Assembly: GCA_964423885.1 (NCBI GenBank)
Contig: CAYRGD010000001.1
Coordinates: 89,653 to 153,652 of the forward strand
Length of the DNA: 64,000 nt
Reading direction: 5' to 3'
DNA from: an uncultured Candidatus Saccharibacteria bacterium
Lineage (GTDB): Bacteria > Patescibacteriota > UBA1384 > JACPKC01
Below, piece by piece: positions 44,579-53,605 of the stretch. The notes under the pieces were generated by a model. That model did no database searches. It was not told where the DNA came from and saw only the letters and a list, made by a program, of their open reading frames with translations. The translations under genes were made by a program, and so were the position numbers. Each line of letters opens with the position of its first letter. Within the stretch, counting starts at the first letter, position 1.

Positions 44579-45142
44579 CTATTTCATCGAGTCGATGATA
44601 TCCTTGGCGCCCTCGACGGTGGCCGACAGGATGTCCGCGACCTCGTGGACGGCTTCCTCGCCGATCTCGCCTGCGCCGTGCATGGCGCCCAAGACCGCTG
44701 CCTTGGTGACACCGGCCACGTCGCCGCCGGCATCAGCCGCTGCGTCGACGGCACCCTTGACCGCAGCCGAGGCCGACTTGGCTACGTCGACACCTGCGCC
44801 CGACGCCGACTTGACGGCGGTCGAGACCACTTCGGTGGTAGCGCCGATCACGTCGCCGCCGACACCGCTTGCGCCCTTCAAGACGCCATGGACCACACCG
44901 TGGATCCCTTCGGCCACGTCGGCCGTGGTTTCGGACAGGCCCTTGACCGCGCCCTTCGTGACGTCGGTGGCGACGCTCACGACCTTGCCGGCCACGTCTT
45001 CGCCGCCCTGGAGCGCGTCGGTCACGGCCTTGGACGCCGCGCCAGCCGTGGCGCCAATGATGTCGCCTGCGCCTTCGACTACCGATTTGACCGCGTCACG
45101 GGCCGAGCCCGCCAAGCTGCTCAACATGCCATCGTCTGCCAT
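44579..45142 (-). CDS. Ala/Gly/Val-rich protein built of ~11/22-residue amphipathic repeats (LEA/apolipoprotein-like), hypothetical
   Basis: 187 aa with ~14 tandem 11-mers, e.g. EDVAGKVVSVA / TDVTKGAVKGL / SGVGGDVIGAT / TEVVSTAVKSA. No TM or signal peptide. Confidence 0.6.
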   Translation of the reverse strand: MADDGMLSSLAGSARDAVKSVVEGAGDIIGATAGAASKAVTDALQGGEDVAGKVVSVATDVTKGAVKGLSETTADVAEGIHGVVHGVLKGASGVGGDVIGATTEVVSTAVKSASGAGVDVAKSASAAVKGAVDAAADAGGDVAGVTKAAVLGAMHGAGEIGEEAVHEVADILSATVEGAKDIIDSMK

Positions 45143-45220
45143 ACGACCTCCTGGTTACTGGTACGTTGCCTGTATCCTACCTGGTTTCAAGCGTGATCAG
45201 GTGTGGATATCTTGCGGCGG

Positions 45221-45553
45221 TTATGCCAGGAGCTTGTCGATGTGGCTCAAGAGTTCGGTTTTGTCAGTGAGGCCTACCGACATGCCGGCCGGCTTGCCGT
45301 CCTTGAAGTAGATCGTGGTCGGGATGCTCTGGACGCCGTATTGCTGCGATACGCTCGGGTGCGCGTCGACGTCGAGTTTTACCAGGTCGACTTTGTCGCC
45401 GTAGTGCTCGGCGACTTCGTCGAGGATCGGGGCCATGGCCTTGCACGGGCCGCACCATTCGGCCCAGAAGTCGACGACCACGGGTTTGGTCTTGGACTGC
45501 TCAAGGACGGCGGCGTGGAAGTCTTGGGCGGTGACGTCGGCGAGGTTGGACAT
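45221..45553 (-). CDS. trxA: thioredoxin
   Basis: WCGPCK active site (VVVDFWAEWCGPCKAMAPIL). ~110 aa. SD GGAG. Confidence 0.9.
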   Translation of the reverse strand: MSNLADVTAQDFHAAVLEQSKTKPVVVDFWAEWCGPCKAMAPILDEVAEHYGDKVDLVKLDVDAHPSVSQQYGVQSIPTTIYFKDGKPAGMSVGLTDKTELLSHIDKLLA

Positions 45554-45695
45554 GGATACTCCTTGGTTCGTTCGTGAATGGACACTATAAAGCAATTCAT
45601 TTTCTAGGGGTAGGAGGGGCTCATTGCGATGTCGCCCCCCTTACTCCTGCAACCCCATCCCCCTGCGGGGTTTACCTATTGTATTGCAGACCCAG

Positions 45696-48347
45696 TCAAG
45701 AACATTTCGAGTAGCCGCAGCTGGAGCAGAGCATGCAGCCCTCGGCCATTTGGAGCATCGCGCCGCAGTCGGGGCAGGCCGGGGCCAGGCCGAAGTTGGC
45801 GATGCTCGGCGCCGTCGCCGTAGCGGTTACCGCGGGTGCGGTGGCGACGGCCGCTACTGCTTGGCTATGCTGCAGTTCGCTCGTGACGGCATTCAGCTGC
45901 GCCTCGGGCGCAGGCGTGAGCGGCACGGCGTCGCTTGCTGCCTGCTCGGCCGTTACCGCCGCCTCGCCGAAGTCGAGCGCCAAGGCCGGTTGTTCGCGGG
46001 CAATATGCTTCTGCAGTACGCGGGCGAGCGCATCGGGAATCGACAGGATCATCACGCCTTCGCTCCAGATCGGGCTCGGGCCGCGGATACCTTTCAGTTG
46101 GTCGATCACCTCGGTCACCTCGATGCCGGAACGGAGCGCCAATGACGCCAGGCGGGAGATCGCCTCGGTCTTGGCCGCGAAGAAGCCGCCGTTCTTGCCG
46201 ATGGCCGTAAAGATCTCGTACGGCTTGCCGCGTTCGTCGTCGTTGATCGTGACGAACATCGTGCCGTAGGCGGTGGTCATCTTGTAGGTGGTGCCGCGCA
46301 TGACGTCCGGCCGTTTGCGCGGGACGATCCCGAGCGCCGGTACTGCCGCCGGTGCCGTGCCTTGCTTCGCAAGCGCTGCCGCGTCGTTGGCCTGTTCTTC
46401 GGACTTGAGGTTCAATACTTGCACGTCGCGCGAGCCGTCCCGGTACACGGTGCCGCCCTTGCAGCCCAGGTCGTACATGAGTTGGTAGAGTTCGCCGACC
46501 TGCTCACGGGTGTACTCGTTCGGCACGTTGCAGGTCTTGGAAATCGACGAGTCGATCCAACGCTGGATCGTTGCCTGGACGCTGATATGCTCCTGCGGCT
46601 TCAAATCCATGGCGGTCACGAAGTAGGCTGGCACCTGCTGGCCCGGGTGCGCGGTCTGCCACTGTTCGTACACCGCGACCCGTTCTTCGTGGACGCCCAG
46701 CCGCGATTTACGTTGGTAGGTCCAATGGTAGAACGGCTCGATGCCGGTCGACGTGCCGACCATCGTGCCGATCGTGCCGGTGGGCGCCTGGGTGTTCAGC
46801 GTGACGTTGCGCAGGCCGTGTTTCTTGATCGCCTCGCGGACCGGTTCGGGCAGCATGGCGACGAACCCGGTCTTGAGGTGCTTCCGGGCGTTGAACTTGG
46901 GGAACGAGCCCTTTTCCTTGGCCAGTTCGACGCTTTCCAGGTAGCACTCGGTGCTGAAGAATTCGTAGAGCCGGTCGATGAAGGCGTTGCCTTCTTCACT
47001 GCCGTAGCGGATCCCGAGCTTGATCATCATTTCGGCCAGGCCGATGCTGTTCAAACCGACCCGCCGTTCCGATTTTTGCTGCGCCTCGTTCTCGTCGAAG
47101 AAGTACGGCGTGGCGTCGATGACGTTGTCCAGGAACCGGGTGGCGATCCGGACAGTCTCGCCCAGCTCGGCCCATTTCACGTCCTTCTTTTCTTCATCGA
47201 CGAACGCCGCGAAGTTGACCGACCCCAGGTTGCACACGCCCCAGGCCGGCAGGCCCTGTTCGCCGCACGGGTTGGTGCACTGGATCGGGGCGAAGTAGCT
47301 CGACGGGCTCATCTTGTTGTACCGGTCGAGGAAGAACAGGCCCGGTTCGGCCGACGACCAGGCCGAGTCGATCACCTTATCCCAGACGTCCTTGGCGCGG
47401 ACCGACTTGTAGGCCACCACTTTCTTGCCCAAGCTTTTCCATGTGTCCAGGTTGCCGTCCCACATCGTGTCGTAGTCGGGGTCGGTGCGATCCGGAAACA
47501 CCAGCGTCCATTCCTTATCGGCCTTGACCGCGGCCATGAAGTCGTCGGTCAGGCCGACCGAGATGTTGGCGTTGGTGATCTTGCCCATGTCGGTCTTGGA
47601 GCTGATGAACTCGAGCACGTCGGGATGCCAGACGTTCAAAATGAGCATGAGCGCGCCGCGCCGCGAGCCGCCTTGCTCGATGAGGCCGGTCACAAAGCTG
47701 TAGAGCGAACCCCAGCTCACCGAACCCGAGCTACGGCCGTTCACGCCTTTGACGTAGTCGTACTTGGGCCGCAGGCTCGACAGGTTGATACCCACGCCAC
47801 CGCCGCGCGACATGATCTCGGCCATGCGGCTTAGGGTGTCCATGATCCCCTCGCGCGAGTCCTGCGGGCTCGGGACGACGTAGCAGTTGTAGTACGTGAG
47901 CGCCTGGCTCGTGCCCGCGCCGGTAAGGATCCGGCCGGCCGGGACGAACTTCCAGTCGTTGAGGATCGAGGCGAACGCGCCTTCCCACTTCTGGCGGAGC
48001 TTGGGCGTTTTCTCGACCGAGGCGATGCCCCGGGCGATCCGGGCGTGCATCTGGGCCGGGTCGGTTTCGAGCGGCTTGTCGATGTGTTCGACCGCGCGGG
48101 TCACCTCGCCGCCGTCGCCGCGCAAGCGCACGGTCACCTCGCCGTTCATCAATTGCGTCACCGTGCCGATCTCGCGCTGGCTCGTCTCGACGTCCGTGCA
48201 GACGATAACCGTGTCACCGATTTTCAAGCTGTCTTTCTTGCCGTCTTTCAGTGCGTAGCGGTCGAGAAAAATCTTGTAGCCGATCTCGTTCAGCTTGTTG
48301 ACGGTCGCGGTCGCGGGATCGTACGCGGACTGTGTGCCTCGGGCCAT
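45696..48347 (-). CDS. nrdJ: class II (adenosylcobalamin-dependent) ribonucleoside-diphosphate/triphosphate reductase
   Basis: 883 aa with NrdJ hallmarks (...ALTYYNCYVVPSPQDSREGI..., GGGVGINLSSLRP, C-terminal CPDCG...CSSCG zinc ribbon). Directly downstream of nrdR. Confidence 0.9.
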   Translation of the reverse strand: MARGTQSAYDPATATVNKLNEIGYKIFLDRYALKDGKKDSLKIGDTVIVCTDVETSQREIGTVTQLMNGEVTVRLRGDGGEVTRAVEHIDKPLETDPAQMHARIARGIASVEKTPKLRQKWEGAFASILNDWKFVPAGRILTGAGTSQALTYYNCYVVPSPQDSREGIMDTLSRMAEIMSRGGGVGINLSSLRPKYDYVKGVNGRSSGSVSWGSLYSFVTGLIEQGGSRRGALMLILNVWHPDVLEFISSKTDMGKITNANISVGLTDDFMAAVKADKEWTLVFPDRTDPDYDTMWDGNLDTWKSLGKKVVAYKSVRAKDVWDKVIDSAWSSAEPGLFFLDRYNKMSPSSYFAPIQCTNPCGEQGLPAWGVCNLGSVNFAAFVDEEKKDVKWAELGETVRIATRFLDNVIDATPYFFDENEAQQKSERRVGLNSIGLAEMMIKLGIRYGSEEGNAFIDRLYEFFSTECYLESVELAKEKGSFPKFNARKHLKTGFVAMLPEPVREAIKKHGLRNVTLNTQAPTGTIGTMVGTSTGIEPFYHWTYQRKSRLGVHEERVAVYEQWQTAHPGQQVPAYFVTAMDLKPQEHISVQATIQRWIDSSISKTCNVPNEYTREQVGELYQLMYDLGCKGGTVYRDGSRDVQVLNLKSEEQANDAAALAKQGTAPAAVPALGIVPRKRPDVMRGTTYKMTTAYGTMFVTINDDERGKPYEIFTAIGKNGGFFAAKTEAISRLASLALRSGIEVTEVIDQLKGIRGPSPIWSEGVMILSIPDALARVLQKHIAREQPALALDFGEAAVTAEQAASDAVPLTPAPEAQLNAVTSELQHSQAVAAVATAPAVTATATAPSIANFGLAPACPDCGAMLQMAEGCMLCSSCGYSKCS

Positions 48348-48400
48348 ATCCTCTCCTTTTTGGTGCGGTGTGTGGATGTACTGGGCGGCGGCCTGTCAGG

Positions 48401-48856
48401 TCATGTGGTGTCCTGGGCCAGGATCGTCTGCAGCTCGTGCTCGAACGCTTCGAGGTCGGCGAACGATCGGTGGACGCTCGCGAACCGCAGGTAGGCCACG
48501 GGATCGAGGCTGCGCAGGTGTTCGAGCACCATACCCCCGATCCGCTGCGAGCTCACTTCGGGCTTGCAGGCGGCGTACAGGTCGCGTTCGATCGCGTCCG
48601 CGATCGCCTCGGCCCGTTCCAGCACCTGCGCCCGCTTTTCGGCCGCCAGCCGGATGCCGGCCAGCAGCTTCTCTTTCGAGAACGGCTGCTTGGTGCCGTC
48701 GCGTTTGAGCACCAGTAGGTTGAGTACCTCGATCCGTTCGAAGGTGGTGAACCGGAACTGGCAGCCCAGGCACTCGCGCCGACGGCGGATCGCCGCCTCG
48801 TCTTCGCGCGAATCGATCACCCGCGTCTCCCCGTTGTGGCAGTCGGGACAGGTCAT
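48401..48856 (-). CDS. nrdR: transcriptional repressor NrdR
   Basis: MTCPDCHNGETRVIDSRED...RRRECLGCQFRFTTFERIE is the NrdR zinc ribbon plus ATP-cone. Confidence 0.9.
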   Translation of the reverse strand: MTCPDCHNGETRVIDSREDEAAIRRRRECLGCQFRFTTFERIEVLNLLVLKRDGTKQPFSKEKLLAGIRLAAEKRAQVLERAEAIADAIERDLYAACKPEVSSQRIGGMVLEHLRSLDPVAYLRFASVHRSFADLEAFEHELQTILAQDTT

Positions 48857-48892
48857 AAAACCCAAGATCTTGTGATACTTGAGCCAGTCTAG

Positions 48893-48910
48893 CCGCTACA
48901 TATTGTGGCG
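48893..48910. promoter_or_regulatory. candidate NrdR box (gcTACATATTGTGgc) upstream of nrdR-nrdJ
   Basis: Partial match to the palindromic NrdR-box consensus acaCwAtATaTwGtgt, ~40 nt upstream of the nrdR start. Only one box is recognisable. Confidence 0.3.
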
Positions 48911-48968
48911 TCTTGTGGACAAGCGGACTCAAACCGAGGCAAGAAAAAACGGGACCTTTCGGTCCCGT

Positions 48969-49286
48969 TTAACGGAGCACCCCGTTCGTCTGGGTGCGTT
49001 GGTAGGCGTACCGGCACCGTTTGCAGGTTACCAGTGCCGGGTCGAAGGTGCAGTCCTGATTGGCCACGATCTGGCCGCAAAATCCCTCGCTCCGGTCGCG
49101 TTCGCGCCAGTACGCGCGATGATGCAGGACCGCAACCTGTTGCTTGGCTTCGGCCTCTTTTTTGATGGCAGCGATCGCCGATTCCTTGCGGGCCAGGCGG
49201 CAGGACGGACAGAGGCCGTTGCGGAGCCATTTGGGCGTCCAGGAAATCCGGCAGCCTTCGCATGGGAGCTTAGGAACGTTGTCCAT
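48969..49286 (-). CDS. hypothetical zinc-ribbon protein (105 aa)
   Basis: MDNVPKLPCEGCRISWTPKWLRNGLCPSCR... with a C-terminal ...CTFDPALVTCKRCRY: two CxxC pairs near each end. Confidence 0.5.
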   Translation of the reverse strand: MDNVPKLPCEGCRISWTPKWLRNGLCPSCRLARKESAIAAIKKEAEAKQQVAVLHHRAYWRERDRSEGFCGQIVANQDCTFDPALVTCKRCRYAYQRTQTNGVLR

Positions 49287-49617
49287 GGCTCTGCTCCTCT
49301 TCTTCCCGTGTGCGGTCGTAGATGTCCTGGACGGCGTCGCCGAACGCGCGGTCGAACAGCGTGGCGGCGATTCGGGCAGCATTGAGCCGCATCGCCCAGA
49401 CGAACACGCTGGCGTTCCCGAACCGGTGCGGCTGCGCCGCGACGTCATCGAGCGATTCCTCGAACCGCATCAGGAAGTCGATCGGTGTGGTTTGGTCGGG
49501 CATCCGGTCGAGCAGGATTTGGAAGAGGTCGAAGGTGAGCTTGGGATACCCGTCGAAGCGTTGCCGGTCGACGAGCCGTAGTTTGGCGTCGGCCGTGGAC
49601 ACCGGATCGTTGTTCAT
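49270..49617 (-). CDS. hypothetical protein, short paralog of the 49750-50601 gene N-terminus
   Basis: SD GGAGG 9 nt before MNNDPV. The segment LTFDLFQILLDRMPDQTTPIDFLMRFEE aligns with KTFFSRLWERIPEAASADDLMRLFEQ of the neighbouring gene. Confidence 0.5.
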   Translation of the reverse strand: MNNDPVSTADAKLRLVDRQRFDGYPKLTFDLFQILLDRMPDQTTPIDFLMRFEESLDDVAAQPHRFGNASVFVWAMRLNAARIAATLFDRAFGDAVQDIYDRTREEEEQSHGQRS

Positions 49618-49644
49618 TGCCATATTCCTCCAGTTCCGAATTTG

Positions 49645-49670
49645 AAAAGAACTGCCGATGGTAGCAGTCC
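49645..49670 (-). terminator. 26-nt repeated hairpin element, copy A (GGACTGC-uaccaucg-GCAGUUC + UUUU on minus strand)
   Basis: Exact copy of 50626-50651. It is a 7-bp stem with one G·U plus a U-tract when read on the transcribed strand. Lies between two paralogous genes. Confidence 0.5.
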
Positions 49671-49749
49671 GAGCTTCGTTTTTCAAGGTTCAGACACAGA
49701 AAACAGGCGCCGGAGCGCCTGTGGATGGTAGTAAGAAGTCGAAGCAAGG

Positions 49750-50601
49750 TCACGGTTCTTCGGCACGGAACGCGAGTCCGAACTCGGCAAGAAAGTTCCG
49801 TACGGCAAGCAGTGCCCGTTTATCACCTACCCGCTCCAAGAATTCGGTCTCGGAGCACTGGGCGATGTCCCGGAGTGTTATCTGCTCCATTTCATCCCAG
49901 ACGGATTGCGTCCGCAACGCAAGTCTGATCGGTCGGAGAAAGCGTTGAAACCCCACGAAAAGGAAGTGACGGATCTCAAGCTTGGTGCAGATCTCGGACA
50001 GGTTTTCCCGTACCAAATCATGGGGATCGAACTTAGTTTGCCAGTTGGCGAGACGCATCGTATCGAGCGTTTTCGGATCGACGTAACCGCTCTCGTGTGG
50101 CGCCTTCTCTGTTTTCGGCTTCGGCAATGCTAATGCCGTGCCGATCAGGCTTCGAAGGCCGGTAAGTTCGGCCATGGCGGTCTCCCCGAAACCGTGGAGT
50201 TCCAGGAAGTACGCCTCACCCTTCGCATCGTATAGCGCGAAGACTTGCCCGAGTGTAAGAAGGCATGGGATTTTTTTCAGTGCGTAGTGGTAGCGACGGG
50301 GGTTCAGTATGCCTCTGAAGAGAAGGTTGCGTGTGCGCAACGTAAGGCGTCCTGCGCGCACCAGGTCATCCAACAGCGTTTCGTCATTGATGTGCGTCGT
50401 CGATAGGACGCTCTCAAGGATTCGTTGTACTGCCGATGTGCCGTTGTCCGGCTGCCGTTGGGTTCCGTCGTCGGCAGGCGTGCTATGGCACATAGATGCA
50501 AGTGTCTGTTCGAACAGTCGCATCAAGTCGTCGGCGGATGCTGCTTCGGGAATCCGTTCCCAAAGCCGGGAGAAGAACGTTTTCGTTCGTGAGTGTTCCA
50601 C
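49750..50601 (-). CDS. hypothetical protein with two predicted helix-hairpin-helix (RNAP alpha-CTD-like) motifs
   Basis: Probable GTG start after SD GGAGG. Motifs LTLRTRNLLFRGI and ITLRDIAQCSETEFLERVGDKRALLAVRNFLAEFGL resemble HhH DNA-binding elements. Assignment tentative. Confidence 0.45.
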   Translation of the reverse strand: MEHSRTKTFFSRLWERIPEAASADDLMRLFEQTLASMCHSTPADDGTQRQPDNGTSAVQRILESVLSTTHINDETLLDDLVRAGRLTLRTRNLLFRGILNPRRYHYALKKIPCLLTLGQVFALYDAKGEAYFLELHGFGETAMAELTGLRSLIGTALALPKPKTEKAPHESGYVDPKTLDTMRLANWQTKFDPHDLVRENLSEICTKLEIRHFLFVGFQRFLRPIRLALRTQSVWDEMEQITLRDIAQCSETEFLERVGDKRALLAVRNFLAEFGLAFRAEEP

Positions 50602-50625
50602 TTGGTTCAGCCTCCTCTGTTTTTT

Positions 50626-50651
50626 AAAAGAACTGCCGATGGTAGCAGTCC
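50626..50651 (-). terminator. 26-nt repeated hairpin element, copy B
   Basis: Identical to copy A. Lies 29 nt downstream of the stop of the coiled-coil gene. Confidence 0.5.
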
Positions 50652-50679
50652 TTTCGGACAAATTCAACCGGTTGGATGA

Positions 50680-51006
50680 TTACCGGGCCGGTGCCGCCGC
50701 TGTTTCTAGGCGTTTGATGCGTTCCAGGAGTAGATCGTCGTCCTCGCGGCGCTGATGATTGGCGTCGCGGATTTCCGCACGTAACTCGTTTTTCACAGCA
50801 TGGAGCTCGCTACGCACCTCGTCTTTCGCCGCATGAATCTCGCTGCGGAGCTCCGCTTTCGCAGCATGGACTTCAGTACGGATCTCGCTACGCAGCCGCT
50901 CCTCGCTTGCGTTCACGGCTGCGCTGATCAGCGAGGCCGTATGGGCACGCTCCTCGGCAAAGAGCGCGCGGAGCTGTTCGAGTTGCGTGTCGGTGAATCC
51001 GTCCAT
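50680..51006 (-). CDS. small coiled-coil protein with 11-residue tandem repeats, encoded immediately downstream of ftsZ
   Basis: 108 aa. SD AAGGAGG. Repeats RSEIRTEVHAAKA / ELRSEIHAAKD / EVRSELHAVKN / ELRAEIRDANH, encoded by 33-bp tandem DNA repeats. Confidence 0.6.
   Translation of the reverse strand: MDGFTDTQLEQLRALFAEERAHTASLISAAVNASEERLRSEIRTEVHAAKAELRSEIHAAKDEVRSELHAVKNELRAEIRDANHQRREDDDLLLERIKRLETAAAPAR
50790..50900. repeat. about 3.5 tandem 33-bp repeats inside the coiled-coil gene
   Basis: The periodicity CGC(A/C)GCATG(G/A)A..TC.CT.CG.A.CTC is visible directly in the sequence. Confidence 0.55.
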
Positions 51007-51035
51007 GCCGCCTCCTTCGTGCTGTCCAGTATACG

Positions 51036-52244
51036 CTACTTCAGCTTCCGGCGGATGAACGCTGGGACCTCGAGCTCGTCGTCTTCGAGTTGCGGCGCGG
51101 CATCGTGCTGCGGCAGGGGCTGTTGGATCGGCTGGTACTGCGGGTAGCCCATGGGCATCGATTGCGGCTGGGGTTCGGGCTGGGGTTGCGGGTAGCCGAA
51201 GCCGCGGGTGAGCGCGCCCAGCCGGGGCGTGGCTGCCGGGATCGGCTGTTCGGCACGGGCCGCTGCGGCCTGCTTCTGTCGCCGCTCGGCGCCAGTCTCG
51301 TCGAAGCCGGTCGCGATCACGGTCACCTTCACCTCGCCGGCCATGGCGTCGTCGATGATCGCGCCGAAGATGATGTTGGCGTCAGGGTCGGCCGATTCGG
51401 TGATCGTTTTGGCTGCCTCGTCGATCTCGTACATGCCAAGGTCAGGGCCGCCGGTGATGTTGAACAGGATGCCGCGCGCGCCTTCGATCGACAGCTCAAG
51501 GAGCGGCGAGTCGATCGCGGTCTTGGCCGCTTCGACCGCGCGGTTGTCGCCGGTGCCGAACCCGATCCCCATGAGCGCCGAGCCGGCGTCCTGCATGATC
51601 GTCCGGACGTCGGCGAAGTCCACGTTGATGATGCCGTGGAGCGTGATAAGGTCGGAAATGCCTTGGACGCCCTGGCGGAGCACGTCGTCGACGACGCCGA
51701 ACGCGTCCATAAGCGGCATCTTCTTGTCGATCACCTGGAGCAGGCGGTCGTTCGGGATCACGATCAGGGTGTCGACTTTATCTTTGAGTTCCTGGATCGC
51801 GAGCTCGGCCACCTTGCGCCGCCGTGCGCCTTCGAACGCGAACGGCTTGGTCACGACGCCGACGGTCAGCGCGCCGAGTTCCTTGGCGATCTGCGCGACC
51901 AGCGGGCCCGAGCCCGAACCGGTGCCGCCGCCCATGCCGCAGGTCACGAAGACCATGTCGGCACCTTTCAGTACCTCGTAGATCTCGTCTTTGTTCTCTT
52001 CGGCCGATTTGCGGCCGACCTCGACGTCGCCGCCGGCACCCAGGCCGCCGCTCGTTTCCTTGCCGATCTGCACCTTGACGGCTGCCTGGTTGTTGAGCAG
52101 TGCCTGCGAATCGGTGTTCACAGCGATAAACTCAATGCCTTTTACTTTGGCATTGATCATGCGATTCACGGCGTTACAGCCTGACCCTCCGCAGCCGACT
52201 ACCTTGATAATCGCGAATGACTCGATGTCACCCGATCGATCCAT
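51036..52244 (-). CDS. ftsZ: cell division protein FtsZ
   Basis: GGGTGSG tubulin signature ([20 protein letters not shown]) and an NVDFADV T7 loop. Start re-derived (SD GAGGAG). The C-terminus is a PQ-rich linker ending ...[15 protein letters not shown], a conserved C-terminal peptide. Confidence 0.92.
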   Translation of the reverse strand: MDRSGDIESFAIIKVVGCGGSGCNAVNRMINAKVKGIEFIAVNTDSQALLNNQAAVKVQIGKETSGGLGAGGDVEVGRKSAEENKDEIYEVLKGADMVFVTCGMGGGTGSGSGPLVAQIAKELGALTVGVVTKPFAFEGARRRKVAELAIQELKDKVDTLIVIPNDRLLQVIDKKMPLMDAFGVVDDVLRQGVQGISDLITLHGIINVDFADVRTIMQDAGSALMGIGFGTGDNRAVEAAKTAIDSPLLELSIEGARGILFNITGGPDLGMYEIDEAAKTITESADPDANIIFGAIIDDAMAGEVKVTVIATGFDETGAERRQKQAAAARAEQPIPAATPRLGALTRGFGYPQPQPEPQPQSMPMGYPQYQPIQQPLPQHDAAPQLEDDELEVPAFIRRKLK

Positions 52245-52264
52245 CGCCGGAACTCCTCGTTGCT

Positions 52265-53506
52265 TCATGGAAGTAGTTGTTTGAAGAAGTCTTTCGCGCG
52301 GCCGACAACTCCCTCCATGCTGTCGAGTCCCATTCCTGTCCGTGCGGCCGGTGCGGCCGCCGCTTGCCTGGACATACCCCATAGCACCAGGCCAACGCTG
52401 GTAGCATAGGTAGGGTCATCCAGCTTGTCAACGTTGCCCGGAAATTCGGTGATCGGGCTGCCTAGCCGGGCTGGCAGGTGCAAGGTCCGTTTGGCGAACT
52501 CGACCAGCTTGTCGAGCCGGGCGCCGCCGCCGGTAAAGACGACGCCGGCCGGCAAGGTGCCGTCGCGGCCGATGCGGTTCAGTTCCTCTTTGAGCATCAG
52601 GAACAGTTCTGACAGCCGTGCCTCGATGATTTCGGCGACGTACCGCTGCTTGGGCCGCTCAAGCTCGTTCGGGTCGATGACAGTTAGGTCGATCGTGTCG
52701 TCGCGGACGCTGTCCTTGACCGCCGTGCCGTACTTCAGCTTGACCGCCTCGGCCAGGTCGATCGAGGTTTTGAGGCCGATGGCGATATCGTGGGTGATGT
52801 GCATCGAACCGACCGGCAGGATCGTGGCGTGAGCCAGATCGCCGTCTTCGTACACCGCGAGGCCGGTCGTGCCTGCGCCGATGTCGACCAGGGCGACGCC
52901 GCTTTCGCGTTCGCGCCGCGACAGCATGATTTCGGCGGTGGCGAGCGGCGTGAACACCAGTTCGGTCGGCGTGATGCCGGCTTGGTTCACTGCCCGCACC
53001 AGGTTCTTGACGGCCGGCGAGGCGCAGCTCACCACGTGTGCGTCGACTTCCAACCGGATACCGGTCATACCGACCGGATCGACGATGCCGCCTTCGGCGT
53101 CCACGGTGAAGGCTTTGGGCAGCACGTGGATGATTTCACGGTTGGCTGGCATGGCCACGGCGCGCGCCGCTTCAAGGACGCGGTCGACGTCCTGCTGCGT
53201 GATCTCGCCGTCGGGGCGCGACACGGCGATCACGCCTTTCGAGCTCGTGGTTTCGACGTGGGCGCCGCCTAGGCCGATGACCGCGGTTTTCAACGGTTGC
53301 TGGGCCAGGCGCTCGGCGTCTTCGAGCACGGCCGATATCGCCGACACCGTTTCGCCGATATCCACGACCTGCCCGCGTCGGATCCCGCCGTTGGCAGCCT
53401 TGCACATGCCGACGATTTCAAGGCCAGTATCCCCTGCCCGTCCGACTGTGGCTGCGACCTTGGTTGTCCCGACATCCAGACCGAGGATCACCTCGTGGTG
53501 GGCCAT
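52265..53506 (-). CDS. ftsA: cell division protein FtsA
   Basis: Actin-fold motifs: [44 protein letters not shown]. Start re-derived. Directly upstream of ftsZ. Confidence 0.85.
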   Translation of the reverse strand: MAHHEVILGLDVGTTKVAATVGRAGDTGLEIVGMCKAANGGIRRGQVVDIGETVSAISAVLEDAERLAQQPLKTAVIGLGGAHVETTSSKGVIAVSRPDGEITQQDVDRVLEAARAVAMPANREIIHVLPKAFTVDAEGGIVDPVGMTGIRLEVDAHVVSCASPAVKNLVRAVNQAGITPTELVFTPLATAEIMLSRRERESGVALVDIGAGTTGLAVYEDGDLAHATILPVGSMHITHDIAIGLKTSIDLAEAVKLKYGTAVKDSVRDDTIDLTVIDPNELERPKQRYVAEIIEARLSELFLMLKEELNRIGRDGTLPAGVVFTGGGARLDKLVEFAKRTLHLPARLGSPITEFPGNVDKLDDPTYATSVGLVLWGMSRQAAAAPAARTGMGLDSMEGVVGRAKDFFKQLLP

Positions 53507-53605
53507 TCGCTCCCCTCGCGTTACGCGATCGACTTTCGCCAGTATAGCGCCTGTTTGTTTCGAGTGGCAAGGATGGTAGGATCGGTGCAGGACACGGAGG
53601 GAACC

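Noticed and set aside
45554-45695. Possible terminator hairpin AACCCC-gcaggggga-TGGGGTT after nrdJ
   Set aside because: The stem is weak and no U-tract follows. It may be part of the trxA promoter region. Not called.
49645-50667. Peptide similarity ARTATIGSSFQIRNW vs ERTATIGSSFKKQRR at the N-termini of two track ORFs
   Set aside because: It arises from translating the duplicated 26-nt non-coding hairpin. The true starts are downstream, at 49617 and ~50601.
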